Shown one piece after another: positions 56,823 through 64,000 of a stretch of DNA of 64,000 nucleotides. This DNA is from Phycisphaerae bacterium (GTDB lineage Bacteria; Planctomycetota; Phycisphaerae; UBA1845; Fen-1342). Each line of letters starts with the position of its first letter. Position 1 is the first letter of the stretch. Both the position numbers and the translations under genes were made by a program. The stretch spans positions 128,001 through 192,000 of the forward strand of contig CAXXWX010000027.1 of assembly GCA_963675745.2 (NCBI GenBank), given 5' to 3'. The notes below the pieces were generated by a model that was not told the origin of the DNA, made no database searches, and saw only the letters and a program-made list of their open reading frames with translations.

Positions 56823-57221
56823 CGCTGGTCTCCAGCGTGCTCTCAGTGGTTGTGAGCACATTGGCACCGAACGTTATAGGACTCCCCGCTCTCCTCGACT
56901 TCATAAACGCCGGGCTTCCGCACGACTCCCTTTTCGCCCTCGTGCTTGACGTGCGCACTCCAGGGGGGTTAACTTAGCGTAAGCGGCGGTTTCTGAGCTT
57001 CCCCAAGCGGGAATCTAGATATCGCCGGTCGAGCCATGGGGATGTGGGATGGGTGCATAACTTCTGGCCAGCGGCGGCGCGACCCTGTTTCAGACGCGGG
57101 GAGGTTCTGAGTGCGCCGCTTCCACGCCGCCGTGCAGGTGAGTTGCGAAGACTGGCGCCGCCAATTACGGCGGCGGATCTGCCAATAACGGAGCGGACCG
57201 GCTCCACGCGAGGAGAATCCG

Positions 57222-59588
57222 ATGTCAGGGAACTGCGTCAATCTGATCGTCACCGCTGCACTTGTCGTGTCAACCGCCGCCGCGGGGTACAACATCGATC
57301 TGGGCGATATTGCGATCGGAGGTGATGGCACCGGTTCCGCAGTCGACGGGAGCGGCGTGAAGGTCGTGACCGGACAGACTCCTGGATCCCCTGACGCCCG
57401 GCGGTCGCACCACCGGCGGGCCTCTGTTCACGGCGACCGATGGCACAGGACGGGGCGGTCGACTTTCCATTCGTCGACGGTGTGTTCATTCCTAATGGGA
57501 CGACGCAGATCCAGAGTGATGGCTCCGCATTCGACTTTCCCAACACGGCTGGTGACACTTGGGACGCTATCCGCGGCGCCGCCGCGCTCTACGCCGAAAC
57601 GACTAATTCAGTCCGCCCCATCCAACTGGCTGACCAACCGGATGTTGACCGGCGCGGGCTCGGGATGCACTCCAACACCGGCATCACATTTGACCTCGAG
57701 GCCTTGCGCGATGCCGGGCACAAGTTCAACCGATTCGTCGGGGTCGGCGGCATCAACTTCACAGCCTCAGGCAACTCGGGCACCGATTTCACACTCCGGG
57801 TTCTGGTCGACGGGGAGGTCCGCTATCAACAGGCATTCCGCAATTCTGCGAACCAATGTTGATGAGATCGAGGTGTGGATCGTTGAGGCAGACCGCTTCC
57901 TGACGCTCGCGGTGACCGACCTCGACCGCTCAAACAGCGGCGATCATGCGGCAATCGCGGACGCCGCCCTGCTGACGGTCGAACAGCTCGACCTTGGCGA
58001 CATTGCGGCCGGTGGTGATGGCTATGGCGCCGCGACCGACGGACTCGGCCTGCACATCGCAACGGGGCAAATCGTGGACCCGGACACGTTCGGAGGCGCT
58101 ACGTCCGGTGGACCTCTGTTCACGGCCACCGACGGCACGGGGGGAGCTGTCGATTTTCCGCTTGTTGATGGTGTGTTCCTCCCGAACGGGACAACGCAGA
58201 TCCGCACAGACGGGTCAACCTTCGACTTTCCCGCCACGGATGGCAACAACTGGGACGCGATCCGCAACGCCGCCGCGCATTATGGCTTCACAACCCCGGA
58301 GTTGCAGCCGATCCAGCTTGCCGATCAGCCGGGCGTCGACCGGCGTGGACTTGGCATACACGCCAACGCCGGCATCACGTTTGATCTCGAGGCCATACGC
58401 AACACCGGACACTATGTGAACCAATTCACCGGCGTCGCCGGCATCAACTTCACGGCCGTAGACGGCCCGTACGCGGACTTTACTGTCTGGGTCCTGCTGG
58501 ACGGCGAAGTACGCTACGAGCAATCGTTCAGTTGGGATGGACTGACATACGAGGCGTTTTCGGTGCCGATCATGGAATCTGACGAGTTCCTGACCATCGC
58601 GACGACCGACTTCAACGCCTGGTTTCACACGGATCAAGCCGCGATCGCCGACGCCACACTGCGAAAGATCGACCTTGCGTCGTGCTGTCTGCCAGGCCAG
58701 GTATGCCAGGTCTTGGATGAGGCGACCTGCATCGACCAGGGCGGCTACTGGCTCCCTAATGTGCCGAACTGCGACGACAACCCCTGCGCGGCTATCTACT
58801 ACGCACCCGGTGAGGCCAACGCCTGGGACAACACCGCACCGATGATTCCCCAGGGCGATGGTACACATCATTACGAAGTCGTCGGGTTTGTTGACCCATC
58901 GCCGGCAACCAGTCTCTTTGACATTCTAAGCGTTGCGGGTGATTGGGGCTCGACGATCTACCCGTTCGGCTTCCAGTGGCTGACTCTTGACGCGAACGGA
59001 GACAACACACTGATCCTGGACACCAACACCTATGCGGATGGTTGGATGCCCGAGACAAACCGTGTGAAGGTGGCCTACGAGCCCGCCACGTTCTGGACCG
59101 CGATCGGCGACTGGCAATCGCAGATCGGTGGCTATGACTGGGACAACGCCAACCCGAACACCGCAATGACTCACGAGGTCGATGGCATTTACTATCTCGA
59201 TGCAGCGCTGGCCCCCGGCGACTACGAATACCAGGCCGTCGTAACCGGCACGTGGGATGGCATCGGCACCAACAGCCGTAACGTCAACACGGATAGCCTC
59301 CCCTTCAACGTCCCAGGTACGGGCGGTGTGGTGAACATGTGGGTGGATGTGATCGAGGGCACCATCAAGGTCGAGGTCGTTCCCTACTGTATGGCGCCCG
59401 GTGATTCGAACTGTGATGGCTACGTCAACAGCGGAGACATAGACCCGTTCGTCATAGCGCTGACGCAAGACCAAGCCGATTGGGAAGCGCTCTACGACTG
59501 CGACTTCCTGTGCGCGAACGATGTAAACGGCGACGGCTTTGTTACCAGCGGCGACATCGACCCGTTTGTCCTGCTGCTCGGACGGTAG
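57222..59588 (+). CDS. secreted protein with two ~230-aa repeats (NPCBM-like), Cys-rich linker, beta modules and dockerin-like C-terminus; three compensating +1 frameshifts in repeat 1
   Basis: DLGDIA.GGDG repeat twice; GLGIHANAGITFDL; repeat-1 core read in ORF 57440-57862; GDSNCDG/NDVNGDG. Confidence 0.75.
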   Translation: MSGNCVNLIVTAALVVSTAAAGYNIDLGDIAIGGDGTGSAVDGSGVKVVTGQTPGSPDARRSHHRRASVHGDRWHRTGRSTFHSSTVCSFLMGRRRSRVMAPHSTFPTRLVTLGTLSAAPPRSTPKRLIQSAPSNWLTNRMLTGAGSGCTPTPASHLTSRPCAMPGTSSTDSSGSAASTSQPQATRAPISHSGFWSTGRSAINRHSAILRTNVDEIEVWIVEADRFLTLAVTDLDRSNSGDHAAIADAALLTVEQLDLGDIAAGGDGYGAATDGLGLHIATGQIVDPDTFGGATSGGPLFTATDGTGGAVDFPLVDGVFLPNGTTQIRTDGSTFDFPATDGNNWDAIRNAAAHYGFTTPELQPIQLADQPGVDRRGLGIHANAGITFDLEAIRNTGHYVNQFTGVAGINFTAVDGPYADFTVWVLLDGEVRYEQSFSWDGLTYEAFSVPIMESDEFLTIATTDFNAWFHTDQAAIADATLRKIDLASCCLPGQVCQVLDEATCIDQGGYWLPNVPNCDDNPCAAIYYAPGEANAWDNTAPMIPQGDGTHHYEVVGFVDPSPATSLFDILSVAGDWGSTIYPFGFQWLTLDANGDNTLILDTNTYADGWMPETNRVKVAYEPATFWTAIGDWQSQIGGYDWDNANPNTAMTHEVDGIYYLDAALAPGDYEYQAVVTGTWDGIGTNSRNVNTDSLPFNVPGTGGVVNMWVDVIEGTIKVEVVPYCMAPGDSNCDGYVNSGDIDPFVIALTQDQADWEALYDCDFLCANDVNGDGFVTSGDIDPFVLLLGR

Positions 59589-59632
59589 CCTGCGCGCAAC
59601 CGCGCACTCCGCGGTGTTCGCCGTTGGCGAGT

Positions 59633-60895
59633 CTACTCGCTGTGCGCGGCGAGAATGCCCTCGATCATGTCCGCTTCATAGCGGATCATGCGGACGATGC
59701 CGATGCGCTCATCCTTCTCGCTGTAGTGCGTGTTGCGGAATTCCCAGACGATCTCGCCGTCCGTGGTGACCTCAAACGCGCGGCCGGTGCTGGACTCGGA
59801 AATCAGCGTGTTGCCGTTGGGAAGCCGCTGCGCCGAACCGCCGCCGCGCGTGTAGAAATCCGTCGGCTCCGGGGCCTTGTACTCCCACACAATCTCGCGC
59901 GTCAGCGGGTTCATCTCGACGACACGCGACCAGTCTCGCCGCAGGCCGTTATCAAAGACCATGATGTTGCCGGTGGGCAGCACCTGTGCATCGTGGGGCC
60001 CCGAGAGCACGCCGTGCCCCCACGCCCAGACCACTTCATTTGCGGGCCAGTTGATTATGAAGATCGCGTCCTGGTGGCGCGAACACACCAGGATGTTGTC
60101 GGGGCCATAGATGTCGTCGCGCTCGAAGAGGTGTTTCTGATGCATCCACTCGATCGCGTTGAGGTGGAAGAGATCGACCCAACGTTCACCGCCCAGAGTG
60201 TTGGGAGTGACCCGCCGGAATTTGTAGATATCCGGCCGCTTGGCCAGGGCTTCATAGACCGACTTCATGTGCTGAAGTTGACCGTCTTGGTTCAATAGAA
60301 ACAGGTGATCCTCGCGCGTCGGAACCTGCGCGTTCATCTCGGCGATCAGACGGCGCTTGAAGCCCAACACCAGGAGCTGGTCGTCAGGGGTCACCTCAAT
60401 ATCATGATGCACACGCAGTTTCTGCTTCCAGAGTACCGTCCCATTCCAGTCAAAGCGCATCACGTAGCGCGCCTCGTCTGAGATGCGCGGCACCGGCAGT
60501 TCGCTGTTCTCCGAGCCAACCACGAGTAACTCGCCGCTCGGCAGCAGCACGGCCCGTTCCCAGAAGCGGTTGTCATCGACACTCCAGGAATTGACGAGGT
60601 TGCCCTCGGCGTCGATCAATTCGGCTGTGCAGAGCTTGCGAATCGTGTAGAGGTTGAACCCGGGGTAAGAACGCTCCACGTCACGCGACACGACGCCGTC
60701 CGCCTCCTCACCCTCCTCAACCTCGGTGAAGCTGACATAAGGCAGCGAGCGCAGATGGTCGAGCTTCGCCTGCACCGCGGCATCGTCTTCGGTGTCCGGC
60801 TCTGTCGTATTGGAGGCCGGTTGCTCGGGCGCGCGGTCGCACCCCACAATGGCAAGCACGATGGTCACACAAGCGGCCAAACGGCGGCGGTTCAT
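59633..60895 (-). CDS. arylsulfotransferase (ASST)-like beta-propeller lipoprotein
   Basis: IVGC lipobox; HHD, FHLNAI, PHDA, FDNG, QRLPNGNTLI. Confidence 0.85.
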   Translation of the reverse strand: MNRRRLAACVTIVLAIVGCDRAPEQPASNTTEPDTEDDAAVQAKLDHLRSLPYVSFTEVEEGEEADGVVSRDVERSYPGFNLYTIRKLCTAELIDAEGNLVNSWSVDDNRFWERAVLLPSGELLVVGSENSELPVPRISDEARYVMRFDWNGTVLWKQKLRVHHDIEVTPDDQLLVLGFKRRLIAEMNAQVPTREDHLFLLNQDGQLQHMKSVYEALAKRPDIYKFRRVTPNTLGGERWVDLFHLNAIEWMHQKHLFERDDIYGPDNILVCSRHQDAIFIINWPANEVVWAWGHGVLSGPHDAQVLPTGNIMVFDNGLRRDWSRVVEMNPLTREIVWEYKAPEPTDFYTRGGGSAQRLPNGNTLISESSTGRAFEVTTDGEIVWEFRNTHYSEKDERIGIVRMIRYEADMIEGILAAHSE

Positions 60896-61029
60896 AAGAT
60901 CGTCTCCCATCAGCAGCGCCGCGTTCGGCGTATTACTGTTAAACTCCTCATGATACGGAGTGGCCATCGACCGAACAAGTAACGGGCACCGGCCGAGCCA
61001 TCACCACCATCACCGAGCGCGGCGCCGCG

Positions 61030-62454
61030 CTATGGCCCATCTTCTCCTCCGAGGTAACCGAGCGCCTTTAACTTGCGCCGCACGTCCTCGGGCCAGTCCT
61101 CTTCCGCCAGTTTCTCCGGGCCCGCGTCGCCATAGAGCGCGGCGAATCGCTCGGCATCCTGCGTCATACGGTTCGAAATCTGCTCCATCAGCAAGCCGGC
61201 CTCTTCGCGATAGCGCCCCGCGCCGTGCACCGTCTCATCCGGCGACTCTTCCACGTTGAACACTATGCGCGCGTCACTCTTCAGATCGCGGATCAGCTTC
61301 CAAGGGTAATCTCGCACCGAGGCGTGACTGGCGCGCGGTGTTTCAAGCCGCGCGAATGTGGCAACCTCATCGGTAGCGTCCCGACCAAAGAGCGAACGAC
61401 CCTGCAAACCCGGTGGAATCGGCAGATTCGCAAGTTCGAAAACAGTCGGGAAAATGTCAATTGACTCGACCGTGGGCCGGAAACGCTCGCCGGCCTTCAC
61501 CACCCCGGGGTACGCGATGATCAGCGGAACGTGGAGCGACTCGACGTAGAGCTGATAGCCGTGCCCGCGCATTCCGTGTTCCCACAACTCCTCGCCATGG
61601 TCGGACGTGAACACGACGATGGTCTGCTTGTCCAGCGCGCGCTCCGCCAGATAACGCCGCAGGTCACCAAATGACGTGTCATTGTGTGTGATCTCGCCGA
61701 GATACAGCGAACGAATGCGCTGTTGGTCGGCGTGCGTCAGGTCACGCCGGTTGATAGCTTGCAGCGTGCCGCTCTTGACGCTGCCCGCATATCCACCGCC
61801 GTACCGGTCAAACTGCGCCGCGGGCACATACGGCTCGTGCGGATCAACGGTCAGAATCATCAGGAAGAACGGCTGCTCCACGGACGCCATCCAATCCTTG
61901 GCCACGGCCGTGACCTGCTCCGATGACGCCGTCAATTCGAGTGCGGTCACCGGCCCCGGTTGACGGCGATCGTACAACTCCATGTATTGGTCAAAACCCT
62001 GGGCGAATCCGAAGAATGAGCCGATGTTCGGGTTGGTGACGATGGCCGCGGTGGCGTACCCGTGTTTCTTGAGCGCCTCCGGCAAAGTCAGCACGACGTC
62101 GTCGAGGCGGTCTTCGCGAGTCTGCGTACCATGTGCGTCCGGGTACAACGAGGTCAGCATCGAAGCGAACGAGGGCCGGGTCCACGAGGTCTGCGAATAG
62201 GCATTCTCAAAAAGCACGCCATCCTCGGCCAGTTGATCGATGCTCGGCGTCTGGACGACCGGATGCCCGTAGCACGCGAGGCTGTCGGCGCGCACTGTAT
62301 CAACGACGTACAGGATTATGTTCGGCGGCACCTTCGGCGAACCGGGTGTGTCGCCGGGCTTCTCACTTGTGGCGTCACGACCACAGCCGCCGCTGGGCAG
62401 CGCGACACTCACCAGCACCAACACGGCCAACGCACATTTGCAGACAACCGGCAT
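61030..62454 (-). CDS. sulfatase/alkaline-phosphatase superfamily hydrolase
   Basis: PNIILYVVDTVRAD, SWTRPS, DPHEPY, TSDHGE, VPLII. Confidence 0.88.
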   Translation of the reverse strand: MPVVCKCALAVLVLVSVALPSGGCGRDATSEKPGDTPGSPKVPPNIILYVVDTVRADSLACYGHPVVQTPSIDQLAEDGVLFENAYSQTSWTRPSFASMLTSLYPDAHGTQTREDRLDDVVLTLPEALKKHGYATAAIVTNPNIGSFFGFAQGFDQYMELYDRRQPGPVTALELTASSEQVTAVAKDWMASVEQPFFLMILTVDPHEPYVPAAQFDRYGGGYAGSVKSGTLQAINRRDLTHADQQRIRSLYLGEITHNDTSFGDLRRYLAERALDKQTIVVFTSDHGEELWEHGMRGHGYQLYVESLHVPLIIAYPGVVKAGERFRPTVESIDIFPTVFELANLPIPPGLQGRSLFGRDATDEVATFARLETPRASHASVRDYPWKLIRDLKSDARIVFNVEESPDETVHGAGRYREEAGLLMEQISNRMTQDAERFAALYGDAGPEKLAEEDWPEDVRRKLKALGYLGGEDGP

Positions 62455-62501
62455 TCGCTTGCACCTCGCACATCTCCATGCGCATAGTTATCGTCTTTGC
62501 A

Positions 62502-64000
62502 TTATAGCTTGCTCGCGACGAGCTCGAGTATTTCGCGTTCGAGCGTGACGGCTTGCGCCTGTATTTGCTCACCACGCGCGAGAATGTCCGCCATCCACGA
62601 CTTGTCCTCAATGTCCTTCGCGTTGATCTTCACGTTCAAAAATGCGCCGATAACCGCCGAGCGCGCCGCAAGCGCGCCGACTCCCGCGTCGGACACGCTG
62701 GCCGGGTTGCCAATCTCGGCCATGGCCTTACAGACCTGCATGCACGCCAGCGATTGCTCCATGGTGCGGAACGGAACCTCGATGGCCTCCTTGGTGGCGG
62801 CCTGGATGGCGTCGTTCTTCGCGGCCTGCTCCGCATCAGTGCCGCTCGGCAGACCAAAGGCGGCCATGATCTTGTTGAACGCGTCAGTGTCCTCGTCGAT
62901 CAGCCGCAACAATTCGTCATGACACGCCTTGCCCTTTTCGGCCCACTGCGAAAACTCCTCCCAACGCCCATCCCAGCCGCGCTTGTGGCTGGAGAGATTG
63001 GCGACCATCGTGCCCAGGGCCGCCCCCATGGCGCCCATCGCCGATGAGATCGACCCGCCACCCGGCGCCTTGGACTCGCTGGCGGTTTCCCACACAAAGT
63101 CGCGCACGCGCATGTCAACCAGTCGGCGTTGCTGTGTCTCCGCCGCGATCGCGTATTCGATGATCTTCTCTTCCGGCTTGAACGGATACAGCTCGTCGAG
63201 CCCGAGTGACTTCACCGCGATCTTGATCAACTCGCGATCGCAAACGCCCAACGAACGCTCCTGCTTGCGCAGGAAATAGCGTCCGGCGTCGAGCATCGAC
63301 TTGAGAGGGACAAGGCCGACCACCTCCGACCCCGTGACGCGCACGCCGCGCGCCGCCGCCCGCTCACAACACTTGTCAAACGCGATATGAATGGGGGTCA
63401 CGCTGATATTGGTGAGGTTCATCGAAATCTGCGCGACGCCATACTCCTCGATGAACCAGCCGATACCTTTAACGCACTTCAACTCACCGGGGATCCAGAC
63501 GTCATCGCCGTTTTCGTCCTTTACGAGTGGGCCGGTGAGCGGATCACCGTCGCGTTTCTTCCGGCCCTTTTCTCGCACATCGAATGCGATGGCGTTTGCG
63601 CGGCGGGTCGATGTCGTGTTGAGATTGACGTTGTAGGCCACCAGGAAGTCGCGCGCCCCGACCGCCGTCGCGCCACTGCGCGGATTGAAGGTCGCCGGAC
63701 CGAAGTCAGGCGCCCATTCGGGTTGGCTGAGCCGCTCGGCCAGCGCTTCGTATTCGCCGGCACGCACCACCGCCAGGTTGCGCCGCCCTTCCTGTCTCGC
63801 GGCGTGCTCATAGCAAAACACGGTGATACCGAGCTCGTCGCCGAGCCGCTTGGCCAGCACATGCGCATGGGCCACGGTCTCTTCCATCGTGATGTTCGAC
63901 ACCGGCACCAGCGGGCAGACATCCGTCGCACCAAACCGCGGGTGCTCGCCGTGGTGCTTGCGCATGTCAATCAGCTCGGCGGCTTTGCGCACTCCGCGCA
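62502..64000 (-). CDS. ftcd: glutamate formiminotransferase-cyclodeaminase (5' end outside window)
   Basis: HHGEHPRFGATDVCP, GARDFLVAYN, QISMNL, GSEVVGL, APGGGS, SDAGVG. Confidence 0.93.
   Translation of the reverse strand, partial: RGVRKAAELIDMRKHHGEHPRFGATDVCPLVPVSNITMEETVAHAHVLAKRLGDELGITVFCYEHAARQEGRRNLAVVRAGEYEALAERLSQPEWAPDFGPATFNPRSGATAVGARDFLVAYNVNLNTTSTRRANAIAFDVREKGRKKRDGDPLTGPLVKDENGDDVWIPGELKCVKGIGWFIEEYGVAQISMNLTNISVTPIHIAFDKCCERAAARGVRVTGSEVVGLVPLKSMLDAGRYFLRKQERSLGVCDRELIKIAVKSLGLDELYPFKPEEKIIEYAIAAETQQRRLVDMRVRDFVWETASESKAPGGGSISSAMGAMGAALGTMVANLSSHKRGWDGRWEEFSQWAEKGKACHDELLRLIDEDTDAFNKIMAAFGLPSGTDAEQAAKNDAIQAATKEAIEVPFRTMEQSLACMQVCKAMAEIGNPASVSDAGVGALAARSAVIGAFLNVKINAKDIEDKSWMADILARGEQIQAQAVTLEREILELVASKL

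Overview
High-GC bacterial window whose gene content points to a Planctomycete, probably Phycisphaerae-like (inference): dockerin-like 'GDxNCDG' secreted proteins, a TIGR02999-type ECF/Ser-Thr kinase pair, a PEP-CTERM protein and sulfatases. It mixes housekeeping genes (rsgA, queD, queE, recQ, tsaD, folD, mlaF, FTCD, tRNA-Arg(UCG), tRNA-Met) with many secreted enzymes and dense intergenic REP-like palindromes. Two complete IS elements both sit inside REP-like palindromes: an IS4 with a 9-bp TSD, and an IS110/IS1111 with subterminal IRs and a readable candidate bridge RNA. The best leads are: (1) a DUF3800 (RNase H-like) gene with a convergent, terminator-ended structured RNA immediately downstream; (2) a stand-alone ~310-nt highly structured transcription unit at 6486-6800; (3) the REP-targeting IS110 with guide-like segments; (4) a leader-peptide/attenuator with an R-x-R motif in front of rsgA-GNAT-methyltransferase; (5) a small paralogous dockerin 'adaptor' gene repeatedly placed after large anchor-less secreted proteins; (6) an active/inactive M14 carboxypeptidase pair. 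All family calls come from motif recognition by eye; no database searches were run.
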